Source: an uncultured Gammaproteobacteria bacterium (GTDB taxonomy: Bacteria; Patescibacteriota; Microgenomatia; Levybacterales; UBA12049). From it: a stretch of 64,000 bases of DNA. The first letter of the stretch is position 1. Each line of letters starts with the position of its first letter. Position numbers and translations under genes: made by a program. Positions 1 through 10,007 of this stretch are shown here, piece by piece. The notes below the pieces were generated by a model, which was not told the origin of the DNA, searched no databases, and saw nothing but the letters and a program-made list of their open reading frames with translations. The stretch spans positions 162,064 to 226,063 of the forward strand of contig CAZCYO010000001.1 of NCBI GenBank assembly GCA_964503265.1, in the 5' to 3' direction.

Positions 1-1
1 T

Positions 2-274
2 ATTGGATCATTTGTGTTGATCACATTGTGCATGACAGTTATTTGGCGTGGATTCTATATTGCGGCTCATACGAAAGATCAGTTTGGGAAACTACTTGCG
101 GCTGGAATTATTTCATTTCTGGGAATTCAGATGGTAATTAATCTGGGTGCGATGACCGCACTTTTTCCATTAACTGGTGTTCCATTGCCATTCATTTCAT
201 ATGGAGGATCAGCGCTTGTCGTTGATTTAGCGTCAATTGGTATTCTTTTGAATATATCTAAACATATAAGTTGA
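2..274 (+). CDS. ftsW: SEDS-family FtsW/RodA-like peptidoglycan polymerase, C-terminal fragment (5' end outside window)
   Basis: C-terminal SEDS signature PLTGVPLPFISYGGSALVVDL; sits immediately upstream of murG-ftsQ-ftsA-ftsZ in canonical dcw order. Confidence 0.7.
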   Translation: MGSFVLITLCMTVIWRGFYIAAHTKDQFGKLLAAGIISFLGIQMVINLGAMTALFPLTGVPLPFISYGGSALVVDLASIGILLNISKHIS

Positions 275-355
275 AATATGACTGATACATTACATCATTG
301 TTAAATTGTTAGTGATTTTCAACAATATAACTCTGAAACCGCTATAATAGTAACT

Positions 356-1489
356 ATGAAGATTGCACTTGTAGGTGGCCACTTATCACCTGCGTTATCA
401 GTTATTGACGCTCTAGAAGGCAAGAGCGAAATTATTTTTATTGGGCGCAAGTTTGCGACAGAAGGTGAAGATAAAGAATCGTTTGAATATAAAACAATTA
501 CGGGAAAAGGAATCCCTTTTTTTAATTTAGTTACAGGGAGACTGCAACGTTCATTTTCTAAACATACAATTCGTTCGCTTGGAAAAATTCCGGGAGGATT
601 TAGTATGTCTTATGGTATTTTGAAAGAACAAAAACCAGACGTATTACTCGCTTTTGGCGGCTATCTCTCAGTTCCTATTTGTTTTGCAGCAAAAATTCTT
701 TCTATTCCTGTTGTTATCCACGAACAAACATTACATGCTGGACTAGCTAACAAAATTACTGCTCGTGTGGCTGCTAAAATCTGTCTATCATGGGAATCAA
801 GTATTAATGACTTTCCAAAACGAAAAAGTATACTGACAGGCAATCCTTTGCGAAAAGAGATCGTAGATATAATGAATGTACAGAAGGAAAAGAAGGAAGA
901 ACAAATTCTGTATATTACCGGAGGAAGTACAGGTTCTCATGTTATTAACGAAACAGTAAAGCAGATCTTGCCACAACTTCTTGAACAATTTACCGTGTAT
1001 CATCAAGCAGGAAACGTGAAAGGATATACGGGATATGAAGAATTATCGCTAATAAAAGCATCACTTCCGATAGCACTACAGAAGCGGTATTTTTTGTCAG
1101 ATCATTATTCCTCTCTAGAAAGCGCACAGCTACTCCATACAGCTGATTTAGTCATCTCTCGTGCGGGAATAAATACGATTACTGAGTTACTATTTTTGAA
1201 AAAACCAGCTATTCTCATCCCGCTTCTGTATGGCCAACATAACGAACAAGCAGCCAATGCGCTTTTTTTTAAGGAAGCAGGGCTCGGGAAGATTATCCAG
1301 CAACAAGAAGTCACTTCTCAACTTCTCCTTAGCCAAATTCGGGAAATGTTTGCTAGTATAAATACATATACTCTTAAACAGTTCGAGCATGAGAATGAAC
1401 GAAACATGCATGCTGCCGGAAAACTGATAGAGGTAATTTCACATGTCTCGTCTAACTCTATCTCGCAAAAAACACATTCGCCATCCTAA
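356..1489 (+). CDS. murG: UDP-GlcNAc:lipid I N-acetylglucosaminyltransferase MurG (GT28)
   Basis: N-terminal MKIALVGGHLSPALSV glycine-rich loop and C-terminal GT28 domain (ITGGSTGSHVINE...SRAGINTITELL); dcw context; TATAAT 7 nt before ATG, no SD. Confidence 0.85.
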   Translation: MKIALVGGHLSPALSVIDALEGKSEIIFIGRKFATEGEDKESFEYKTITGKGIPFFNLVTGRLQRSFSKHTIRSLGKIPGGFSMSYGILKEQKPDVLLAFGGYLSVPICFAAKILSIPVVIHEQTLHAGLANKITARVAAKICLSWESSINDFPKRKSILTGNPLRKEIVDIMNVQKEKKEEQILYITGGSTGSHVINETVKQILPQLLEQFTVYHQAGNVKGYTGYEELSLIKASLPIALQKRYFLSDHYSSLESAQLLHTADLVISRAGINTITELLFLKKPAILIPLLYGQHNEQAANALFFKEAGLGKIIQQQEVTSQLLLSQIREMFASINTYTLKQFEHENERNMHAAGKLIEVISHVSSNSISQKTHSPS

Positions 1490-1895
1490 TTTTCTTCAGA
1501 AAAACCAGAAAATGATTGGAGTTGGTCTTATTTTCGTTGGAATAGGTGAACTTATTTTGACATGTTATCTAATATTTTTTATTCCAGATGCGTTTATTAG
1601 TCCTATTCCTTTGTCATTTCAGGGAAAAGCTCCTGTGATGGACGATAGTACTATAACAGCACTGAAAAAATTACTTACCAAACATGAAATTTCTTATAAA
1701 CAAATTTACACCACAAAAGAGGGTGATTATTTGATAACACTTAATCCAGAAGGTGAGGTGCTAGTTGGGAAAAATGCGACATTGGAACAACATATCTCCT
1801 CTTTACAACTTGTCCTTGCACGCATTACAATGGAAGGTAAGCAGTTTTCACGGCTTGATTTTCGTTTTGAAAAACCTGTTATAGTGTTTAAATAA
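1443..1895 (+). CDS. short FtsQ/DivIB-like cell division protein (basic cytoplasmic tail, one TM, small periplasmic domain)
   Basis: Position between murG and ftsA; topology basic N-terminus + TM (IGVGLIFVGIGELILTCYLIFFI) + soluble domain; only 150 aa so assignment is by context; true start may be the internal M at ~1512. Confidence 0.4.
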   Translation: MSRLTLSRKKHIRHPNFLQKNQKMIGVGLIFVGIGELILTCYLIFFIPDAFISPIPLSFQGKAPVMDDSTITALKKLLTKHEISYKQIYTTKEGDYLITLNPEGEVLVGKNATLEQHISSLQLVLARITMEGKQFSRLDFRFEKPVIVFK

Positions 1896-1903
1896 TTCTT
1901 CAT

Positions 1904-3202
1904 ATGAGTGAATCAAAAATCGTTGTTGGAATAGACGTTGGAACATATAAAATTGTTACAGTTATCGCTAAAATAGATGAGTTTGTTAATGTTCTTGGTG
2001 TATCTGAAGTAAAATCAGGTGGAATTCGTAAAGGACAAATTGTTGATATTGAAGAAGCTACAGCTAGTGTTAATCAATCTCTTGAGGCTGCCGAGCGTAT
2101 GGCTGGATACTCAGCCTCTCATGTTATTGTCTCAATTGGTGGTTCTCAAATCGAAAGTCAGAACTCACGTGGTGTAGTCGCGATTTCAACTCCAAATGGT
2201 GAAATTTCATCGCAGGATTTAGAGCGTGTTATTGATGCTGCAAAAGCTATCTCCATGCCATCAACCCGTGAAATAGTTCATGTACTTCCTCGAAACTATG
2301 TCGTCGACGGTCAAGAAGGAATCAAAGATCCAATCGGTATGTCTGGAGTAAGGCTTGAGGTAGATACCCATATTATCTCAGCGAACTCTATTTCCATTAG
2401 AAATCTCGACAAAGCATTTTCACAGGTCGGCGTCGATATCGATAGTTTCGTGTATAACGGCTATTCTAGCTCTCTCTCGGTACTTTCAGATACAGAAAAA
2501 GAACTCGGCGTCATACTTGTTGATATTGGAGCTGGGACGACTGATATCGCGATTTATACAGAAGGTAGTATTTCGTATTCATCAGTTCTTGCTATTGGTG
2601 CACGACATATTACAAACGATTTAGCCATAGGGCTCCGAATTTCACTAGAAAGTGCTGAAAAAATAAAGCTTTTCTTATCGAGACATGCGAATAGTAAACG
2701 AGTGGTTCTCCCTGAAGAGGAAGAAGGAGAGATAAAAGCAAAGGAAGCAAAACTAGCTGATGAAATAGACTTGACCAGTCTTAACCTATCTGAGGAGCTT
2801 CGAAAGGTATCACATAAGACACTTGTCGAAGGAATAATTCGTCCACGATTAAATGAAATATTTACGATGGTTGGACTTGAAATTAAAAAAAGTGGATTTG
2901 GGGGACAAATTCCAGCTGGAATTGTCATAACAGGTGGAGGAGCGATGACTGTGGGAATTAAAGATGCGGCGAAACGGATGCTTGCTATGCCTGTACGTAT
3001 CGGATATCCGACAAATGTGAAGGGAATAATTGATGAAGTACAACACCCTGCCTTCTCAACTGTTATTGGACTTTGTATGTATGGGTCAAAAACTGAATCA
3101 AAAGAACGCAGTCTTCCATTTGGCATGTCTATGCCTAAAATGCCAGGCGGAAGTGGTGCTTTAAAGAAAATTCTATCCATCATTAAATCCTTTATTCCCT
3201 AG
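1904..3202 (+). CDS. ftsA: cell division protein FtsA (actin-like ATPase)
   Basis: N-terminal phosphate-1 motif VGIDVGTYKIV, DIGAGTTDIAIY, GGGA motif ITGGGAMTVGI; adjacent to ftsZ. Confidence 0.9.
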   Translation: MSESKIVVGIDVGTYKIVTVIAKIDEFVNVLGVSEVKSGGIRKGQIVDIEEATASVNQSLEAAERMAGYSASHVIVSIGGSQIESQNSRGVVAISTPNGEISSQDLERVIDAAKAISMPSTREIVHVLPRNYVVDGQEGIKDPIGMSGVRLEVDTHIISANSISIRNLDKAFSQVGVDIDSFVYNGYSSSLSVLSDTEKELGVILVDIGAGTTDIAIYTEGSISYSSVLAIGARHITNDLAIGLRISLESAEKIKLFLSRHANSKRVVLPEEEEGEIKAKEAKLADEIDLTSLNLSEELRKVSHKTLVEGIIRPRLNEIFTMVGLEIKKSGFGGQIPAGIVITGGGAMTVGIKDAAKRMLAMPVRIGYPTNVKGIIDEVQHPAFSTVIGLCMYGSKTESKERSLPFGMSMPKMPGGSGALKKILSIIKSFIP

Positions 3203-3262
3203 CTAATTTACCGCTCATTCACCTTGCAAATACCCCTTTTATCTGATAGGATGTGACGAGTT

Positions 3263-4441
3263 ATGCTTATAAAACCTCAAGCGAATAACTTCGCGAAAAT
3301 CCGCGTACTTGGTGTTGGTGGTGGTGGTGGAAATGCTGTTAATTCCATGGTAACCTCTGGCAATATTCAGGGTGTCGATTTTGTGGCAGTTAATACAGAT
3401 GCTCAGGCACTTCTCAGAAATAAAGCAGATATAAAGCTTCAAATTGGAGAGAATTATACCCGGGGACTTGGTAGTGGAGGAGATCCGGAAGTTGGCCGTC
3501 AAGCAGCAGAAGAATCAAGTGAGAAGATCAAACACATGTTAGAAGGATCTGATATGGTATTTTTAACAGCTGGAATGGGTGGGGGAACAGGAACTGGAGC
3601 TATCCCAGTCATCGCTCAGATTTCTAAAGAAGTAGGTGCGCTTACTGTTGCAGTCGTCACAAAACCATTTGCATTTGAAGGAACTCGTCGCATGGTATCT
3701 GCTGAAGAAGGTGTCGAAAGTGTTAAAGATCATGTCGATACATTAATCGTTATTCCAAATCAGAGAATTTTAGAAGTAGTCGATCGCAAACTCTCACTCG
3801 TCGATGCATTTAAAGTAGCTGATTCAGTACTCGAACAGGGTGTTCAGGGTATTTCTGAGATTATCACACTACCTGGACTTATCAATATCGACTTTGCCGA
3901 TGTACGAGCAATCATGCAAAATGCTGGTTCAGCACTCATGGGTATCGGAAAAGGAAAAGGAGAAGGTCGTGCACAAGCCGCAGCAAGGGGGGCAATCGCT
4001 TCCCCGTTACTCGAAGTATCGATGGATGGAGCACGGGGAGTATTATTTAATATCGTCGGTGGCCCTGATCTTACAATGACTGAGGTAGACGAAGCAGCGA
4101 AGATTATTAAATCAGCAGCAGATCCAGATGCGAACATTATTTTTGGAGCAGCAATTGAAGAATCTATGCGAGATGAACTGCGTATCACCGTCGTCGCGAC
4201 GGGATTTGACAGTAATCGTGTTACGATGCGAGACTTCATCCCAAATCGCTACAGCACACCATCAGTTCCATCCCAGCAAGAACCAGAAGAACGTCACGAG
4301 CGTCAAGATATACCAAATCAGCCATCTCAACCATCAAATGTACTTAACCAAGGCGGCATGCCACAGCAGCCACAAGAAAAGAAATCAGACAAAGAAGAAG
4401 ACGAATGGGACATCCCCGCATTCCTAAGGCAGAGAAACTAA
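3263..4441 (+). CDS. ftsZ: cell division GTPase FtsZ
   Basis: Tubulin signature [14 protein letters not shown]7 loop NIDFADV, acidic/Pro-Gln-rich C-terminal linker and conserved C-terminal DIPAFLR peptide. Confidence 0.95.
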   Translation: MLIKPQANNFAKIRVLGVGGGGGNAVNSMVTSGNIQGVDFVAVNTDAQALLRNKADIKLQIGENYTRGLGSGGDPEVGRQAAEESSEKIKHMLEGSDMVFLTAGMGGGTGTGAIPVIAQISKEVGALTVAVVTKPFAFEGTRRMVSAEEGVESVKDHVDTLIVIPNQRILEVVDRKLSLVDAFKVADSVLEQGVQGISEIITLPGLINIDFADVRAIMQNAGSALMGIGKGKGEGRAQAAARGAIASPLLEVSMDGARGVLFNIVGGPDLTMTEVDEAAKIIKSAADPDANIIFGAAIEESMRDELRITVVATGFDSNRVTMRDFIPNRYSTPSVPSQQEPEERHERQDIPNQPSQPSNVLNQGGMPQQPQEKKSDKEEDEWDIPAFLRQRN

Positions 4442-4506
4442 CTTCATCAACCCTCTTCAAAGAAGCAAGATTGTGCGAAATGGATGAGCTTTTTAAGAAA
4501 AGAAAG

Positions 4507-5130
4507 TTATGTTAATCCTGGGGGTAAGAGGGCAGGTGGTTTTGCTACTGCTAGTACATTTTTTACACCGTCCTGAACGACTCGTGCATATCCTCTCTGA
4601 ACATCTTGATTACTTGGCTCTTTAGCAGGATAGTAACTCACTGTTTTTCCATCTCGCCAATCAACTGCATGTGCGATCATAGTGTTTTGAAAGGGATCAT
4701 CACTGACTAGAATTTCTTCATCAATTGGCACAGTCGCAGTGAAATTACTTAACTGGTTGTCTCCCTCCATTATATATTGCTGTAAATACGCTTTTCCTTT
4801 TTCAGCTGAGACAAAAATTTCCGCTCCACCCGCAACTGGTTTTCTAATAACATGAACTCTATCAATCGCTTTAACCTCTCCTCTTGCAGGATGCTCATAA
4901 TCAAATTTTGTTTCTTGGATTTCACCACTTGAGAGTACAACTGCCCGCAAGCCCTTACTCACAAAGCGCATCTGGAAAGCTAGCTCGTCTAACGATGTTA
5001 TCTCATTAACATCTTTCTCAGCAAAGCGTCTGAGATTTTCTAAAGCTCTCTCATAATCTTTCCCCGTTACATCCTCTTGTTGTGGAGGCCCAAATGATTG
5101 TTCTCGCTCACCGTCAGTTTGTTCAGACAT
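4507..5130 (-). CDS. hypothetical protein (207 aa, hydrophilic)
   Basis: Long ORF with host-like codon usage; no recognisable motif. Confidence 0.45.
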   Translation of the reverse strand: MSEQTDGEREQSFGPPQQEDVTGKDYERALENLRRFAEKDVNEITSLDELAFQMRFVSKGLRAVVLSSGEIQETKFDYEHPARGEVKAIDRVHVIRKPVAGGAEIFVSAEKGKAYLQQYIMEGDNQLSNFTATVPIDEEILVSDDPFQNTMIAHAVDWRDGKTVSYYPAKEPSNQDVQRGYARVVQDGVKNVLAVAKPPALLPPGLT

Positions 5131-5391
5131 AGCTATAACATACTATAGCGATAATCTAGTATCAATGATAGTGTCGTATTTGTTGACTTGGTTCATCTAA
5201 TTGTTACATTCAAGATGTCATAAGATGACACAGAAAAGCCAGGAATAAAATATGGGATTTCTGAAGTCTTGAAGCTAAAAAGCGGGTTCGCCTATGAAAT
5301 TCCCACATCCTTAGGCAACGGAATCTAATTCTTTCTAATACAATTCGATATAAAGTTTATTTAAACACGTTTTGATTGCAATGCTCATCTT

Positions 5392-6132
5392 TTGTCGGTA
5401 TACTCAGTAAGAAATCTTATCAATTTATTATTTCTTCTGGTAATGGTCACTTTACTCTTTATCCACTTCCATCCTTTCTACAAATTCCTTTATTTCATTT
5501 ACAAACATCTCACCGACCGGAAGCAGATCTCTTGGGTCAAATCAGTGGTAAAAGAAGGGATGACTGTCGTCGATATCGGGGCGAATATCGGGTTTTATTC
5601 TATCCTTTTATCTAGGCTTGTTGGGAAGTCTGGGAAAGTCTATGCATTTGAACCCGATCTTACGAACTTCGGACTACTTATGAAAAATACGAAGAGATAT
5701 AAAAATATTCATTTATGTAATGTGGCTGTTGGGGAAAAGGATGAGACGATTACTCTCTATCTTTCTAAACATATGAATGTCGACCATCATACCTATAAAA
5801 CTGATGAAGCACGTGATACGAAAAATATAACGTGTATTAGTCTAAATACGTTTTTTGCAAAGAAAGGAACGATTGATTTTATAAAGTCTGATATCCAGGG
5901 GTTTGATTATTTTGCTATGAAGGGTGCTCGTAAATTAATCACTCGGCAGAAACATATCGCGATTTTAAGCGAATTCTGGCCATATGGACTTATGAAAGCT
6001 GGAGTATCTGCCAAAGAGTATTTAAAGCTCCTTAACGAATTAAAACTGAAAGTAACACTGAGTGGTCCGACTTCCTATGCTACACTAGAAAAAGATAAGA
6101 CATATTATACAGATCTGAGAGCGATCAAATGA
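5392..6132 (+). CDS. FkbM-family SAM-dependent methyltransferase
   Basis: Motif VVDIGANIGFYS ... VYAFEP ... typical of FkbM family; ORF-track start is TTG, an ATG at ~5443 is an alternative start. Confidence 0.7.
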   Translation: MSVYSVRNLINLLFLLVMVTLLFIHFHPFYKFLYFIYKHLTDRKQISWVKSVVKEGMTVVDIGANIGFYSILLSRLVGKSGKVYAFEPDLTNFGLLMKNTKRYKNIHLCNVAVGEKDETITLYLSKHMNVDHHTYKTDEARDTKNITCISLNTFFAKKGTIDFIKSDIQGFDYFAMKGARKLITRQKHIAILSEFWPYGLMKAGVSAKEYLKLLNELKLKVTLSGPTSYATLEKDKTYYTDLRAIK

Positions 6133-7691
6133 TAAAAACGAATGTTGTATTAGATAAAAAAACGATACTTATCGGACTTTTGATTTTTATGTTTTCAATC
6201 ACGCTCCGTTTATGGAACCTGAATGCAGCGGGGAGAGTATGGGACGAAAACGCGATTTTAGAAAAAGGATATCGAATAGTAGAATTAGTGCGTACAGGAG
6301 ATTTTTCTAATCCTTTCTGGTATCGTGAAGCATCAGATCATCCTATTTTCGCATTTTACTTTATCGGGATAGGCGCATACGGTGATCTTATCAAATTTGA
6401 TCAAACTGCTCCAAGTGTTTTTTCTTCAACTCTCAAAGGTGCTCCAATATTTACTTACGATTTAACATATGGAAGACTTGTATCTGTTATCGTTTCTTCA
6501 CTAGCAGTCGTGTTACTGTTTTTCATGGGATCACGGTATTTCTCACGTTTTGTTGGAATTGTTTCTTCTATGATTCTCGCGATGCTTCCACATTTTTTGG
6601 CGTATTCTCAGGAAGTGGAACTTGAGAGTTTTATCATGCTCTTTTTTACTTTGTGTGCATTTGCATATTTTCTCTACTTAGAAACGCATAAAAAAAAGTG
6701 GCTACTTTTAACCGGCGTACTAACAGGGATCACTCTTCAAATAAAACAATCAAATCTTATTATTCTCGTGTTATATCTGGGGACATTTTATCTCTATAAA
6801 CGAATTACTAAGGATAAAAAACTTTCATATATGCATTTCGTGATTATGGGTATTGTTACCTTTATTTCAGCAATCATCGTCTACCCGATGCCGTTTTTAC
6901 ATTTACCAGAATACCTCACTCTTAACTATAATGGGTGGATAAAAGGTGGAGGAAGAATTCCAGAACTTCTTTTCGGTCATCACATGGGTGCACCGTTTGT
7001 CTATTATATCGTTGCACTTCTTGTGACGACTCCTGTAATCATATTAGTTCTCACAGCGATTGGAATGAAGGTGTCATTTGTAAATCGAAAAAAATGGATT
7101 TACCCCACCCTCATCGTATGGTTTTTTGTACCGTATCTCATGTCATTTTTTCATATGCGACAGCATATGGTCAGATATATTATTGAAATATATGCTCCAT
7201 TATCACTTCTATCTGCTATTGGGCTTGAATATGCTTTTCAATTTATTGCGAAAAAGAATTACCAGAAATATCTCTATACTGCTGGTGTTTTTGTTTATTT
7301 ATTGCTTATCTTATTTCGGATTACACCATATTATTTCGATTATTTTAATGAATTAGTCGGGGGAACGAGAAATGTATACGTTCATAAATTGTTTTTCCTT
7401 GGATGGTGGGGAGAAGGACTAAAAGATGCTGGAATGTATGTCGCAACAAATGCACCGGATACATCTCGAATTGGATTGGCTATTAATCCAAATCATAACA
7501 TTCTCTATAGAAAAAATACATTAGTGTATGAATCATTTACTCCAGAAAAGTCATACGATTATGTAATCGTAAATGAATTTAATGTAACACGACTTGGATT
7601 TGATGAATCAGTACTTAAAAAGAAATATAAAATTGTTCACAAAGTCATCGCAGACGGAGCTGAGTTAGTACGAGTATATAAACATCTCTAA
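6129..7691 (+). CDS. GT-C fold membrane glycosyltransferase (ArnT/PMT-like, GT39/GT83 family)
   Basis: ~12 predicted TM segments, N-terminal loop with DE motif (RVWDENAILEKGY), architecture of dolichyl/undecaprenyl-phosphate-sugar dependent transferases. Confidence 0.7.
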   Translation: MIKTNVVLDKKTILIGLLIFMFSITLRLWNLNAAGRVWDENAILEKGYRIVELVRTGDFSNPFWYREASDHPIFAFYFIGIGAYGDLIKFDQTAPSVFSSTLKGAPIFTYDLTYGRLVSVIVSSLAVVLLFFMGSRYFSRFVGIVSSMILAMLPHFLAYSQEVELESFIMLFFTLCAFAYFLYLETHKKKWLLLTGVLTGITLQIKQSNLIILVLYLGTFYLYKRITKDKKLSYMHFVIMGIVTFISAIIVYPMPFLHLPEYLTLNYNGWIKGGGRIPELLFGHHMGAPFVYYIVALLVTTPVIILVLTAIGMKVSFVNRKKWIYPTLIVWFFVPYLMSFFHMRQHMVRYIIEIYAPLSLLSAIGLEYAFQFIAKKNYQKYLYTAGVFVYLLLILFRITPYYFDYFNELVGGTRNVYVHKLFFLGWWGEGLKDAGMYVATNAPDTSRIGLAINPNHNILYRKNTLVYESFTPEKSYDYVIVNEFNVTRLGFDESVLKKKYKIVHKVIADGAELVRVYKHL

Positions 7692-8443
7692 CGATTTACT
7701 TTTTCGATTTCTATTACATAAAATAATCCTAGAAATCTGTGAAATGGTGTGAGTACCCATTCTGCAAATGTAACTAACGGATAACAAAAATCAGGAAGTA
7801 ACTGGCGAAATGAAAATCCGCCACTAAGTAAATAGAGTAAAGGATCCTGGGCATATAATTTGTTTATTCTAAATGTAGGATATTTGTTTTCAAATTTTTT
7901 TCGGTCTCGATAAAATAATATCCAAGGAAGTGCTGAATTCGCACCACTCAGAGGTCCTGTGCTTTTAAATTTCCATACACTATTTGGTTTATAGGGTTCA
8001 TGATGAAAATATTTATAAATACATATTCCAAATAAAGTCAGTGCTGGTTCTATCATGATAATTTGTCCCTGATTTTTTAAACACCTATCAGCTTCTTTAA
8101 AAAAAATATCTACGTTATCTATATGATGTAGTACATTAATCATTACAAGTGCATTGACTGTATTTTCTTTGTAAGGAATGTTAGTTGCTGAAAACGTCTT
8201 ATCAATGCCGGGGAGTTTTTGAATATCTGATGTCATTACACCTGGGATAATTTCCTTTATGAATCCACCACCACTACCTAGTTCAACTATTTTTTTATAT
8301 TTATTATGAGGTGAAAGAAGTGAGTTAATGAGTAAATAATATTTTTCGTATGATTTATAGAGAAAGTATTTTTTTTTAATAATTTCAGCTCGTTCAATTG
8401 TCGTAGTTGCTGAGTCGATATGGGTATTATTTTTTTTAGTCAT
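7688..8443 (-). CDS. class I SAM-dependent methyltransferase (type 11-like)
   Basis: Motif I VELGSGGGFIKEI and post-I/II motifs (ALVMINVLHHIDN). Confidence 0.7.
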   Translation of the reverse strand: MTKKNNTHIDSATTTIERAEIIKKKYFLYKSYEKYYLLINSLLSPHNKYKKIVELGSGGGFIKEIIPGVMTSDIQKLPGIDKTFSATNIPYKENTVNALVMINVLHHIDNVDIFFKEADRCLKNQGQIIMIEPALTLFGICIYKYFHHEPYKPNSVWKFKSTGPLSGANSALPWILFYRDRKKFENKYPTFRINKLYAQDPLLYLLSGGFSFRQLLPDFCYPLVTFAEWVLTPFHRFLGLFYVIEIEKVNR

Positions 8444-8445
8444 AA

Positions 8446-9945
8446 TTAAAAAAACTTTATCTTCTGAGCAGCAAAAAGAGTCATTTGCAGTAAAACCAAA
8501 CCGTTTCTAAAGCGTTTAATATTAGTAGTTCCGTATGTCCTGGCTTTATAGCGGATAGGTATTTCTGCAATTTTCAAATTAAGCTTAGCACTTCCGAAGA
8601 TTAAATCAAAATCACCAAATGGATCAAAATCTCCGAAATATGCTCTATGTTTATATATCTTCTCGTAATTTTTTCTAAATAATCCCTTTGTGCCACAGAG
8701 TGTATCTTTAATTTGTTGGTCAAGTAGAAAACTAAATGCGACGCTAAAAAACTTATTACCAATGATATTTAAAAATCTCATGGCTTCTTTTTCCATGGGA
8801 TATACAAGTCTACTTCCTTGAACAAATTCTGTTTTTTTTGAACGTAATGCTTCATAAAACTTCGGAAGATCTTTGGGCATTGTTGTTAAATCAGAATCGA
8901 AAACAAATACGATGTCTCCTCTGGCTTCTGAAAGTCCTTTGCGAACTGCCGCTGCTTTCCCTTTTTCTTTTGTCTGAATGAAAAAGCGGATCTTCTTTTT
9001 GCCGTTATATGTAGAGAGGACATTTTTTATAACTTCTTTTGTATTATCTGTTGAATGGTCTTCAACAAAAATTATTTCTGTTTTAGATCCTAAATCAGGA
9101 ATTTCATCGAGTGCTCTTTTTATATTTCCTGATTCATTTCTTGCAGGTAGGATGAGAGAGACTGAATATTCTTTTTTCTTATCAACTGGTGGCTTTTTAC
9201 GAGCGACTATATAATGCACAAAGCAGAGCTCTCTGATAAATGGAAGTCGAGCGATATAGGTATTGACGAAATAAGATAGAAAGGGAATATAAAAAGGTAG
9301 CAATAAGAATTTACTTTCTTTAATAATTTCTAGATTTGAGAGAAATAACAGGTTTTGAATATCGGTATATGAAAGCCAACTTTGCTGTGGTTGTGCAACT
9401 TTTAGTCCTAATTTTGCAGCAAGTTCTAAAAATGGTTCCCAAATATAATTATAAAAATTAATAATAATTCTTGTGTCTGTATCAGCAATTCTTTCGACAC
9501 GCATGAATGATTCTTGAATATCATCAAGTATTCCGACTAAGTCTGACATGATAATATAATCAAACTTTTCAGACAACAATACTTTTTCAGCAGATTTATT
9601 TTTAAACTGTAATGTGGGATGTTTCTTCTGTGCGATAGCAAGCATGGTCTCTGATATATCAATTCCTACTCCATGAATTGGCTGCATCGATGCAAGTAAG
9701 TCTCCTGTAGCACAGCCGATTTCTAATACACGCTGTTTTTTAGGAATTAAGAATGAATAGAGTCGTATTAGCTCATTATGGTAATAAAAGTTTTTCTTTT
9801 TTATGGAGTCATACCGAGGTGCAATCGTGTTATAAAAATCAGCTACAGGAGATGTATTTTTTCTCATCTTAGTATACGGGTAGTAAGTAAGGAAATCTTT
9901 AGGGGCAAGTATCGTAAGTATACCCAAAGAATATAGTAAATGCAA
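8446..9945 (-). CDS. bifunctional methyltransferase / GT2 polyprenyl-phosphate sugar synthase (DPM1/ArnC-like) fusion
   Basis: N-terminal MTase motif VLEIGCATGDLLAS; C-terminal GT2 core VSLILPARNESGNI...IFVEDHSTDNT...VFDSDL; TTG start in ORF track. Confidence 0.75.
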   Translation of the reverse strand: MHLLYSLGILTILAPKDFLTYYPYTKMRKNTSPVADFYNTIAPRYDSIKKKNFYYHNELIRLYSFLIPKKQRVLEIGCATGDLLASMQPIHGVGIDISETMLAIAQKKHPTLQFKNKSAEKVLLSEKFDYIIMSDLVGILDDIQESFMRVERIADTDTRIIINFYNYIWEPFLELAAKLGLKVAQPQQSWLSYTDIQNLLFLSNLEIIKESKFLLLPFYIPFLSYFVNTYIARLPFIRELCFVHYIVARKKPPVDKKKEYSVSLILPARNESGNIKRALDEIPDLGSKTEIIFVEDHSTDNTKEVIKNVLSTYNGKKKIRFFIQTKEKGKAAAVRKGLSEARGDIVFVFDSDLTTMPKDLPKFYEALRSKKTEFVQGSRLVYPMEKEAMRFLNIIGNKFFSVAFSFLLDQQIKDTLCGTKGLFRKNYEKIYKHRAYFGDFDPFGDFDLIFGSAKLNLKIAEIPIRYKARTYGTTNIKRFRNGLVLLQMTLFAAQKIKFF

Positions 9946-10007
9946 TTTGCGATTGTGTGATTTTTGTTAGTCTATACAGATAGGTTATCAAGCTATATAA
10001 TCACCTC

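Noticed and set aside
2554-4239. Long antisense ORFs inside ftsA and ftsZ (2554..3183 -, 2849..3046 -, 3844..4239 -, 3840..4079 +)
   Set aside because: They overlap unmistakable FtsA/FtsZ coding sequence in other frames, have no start-site signals and show amino-acid compositions typical of out-of-frame translation.
5263-5313. Possible small structured RNA in the 260-bp spacer upstream of the FkbM gene (gggatttc ... gaaattccc)
   Set aside because: Only an imperfect 7-8 bp inverted repeat without U-tract or conserved counterpart elsewhere in the window; insufficient to call an ncRNA.
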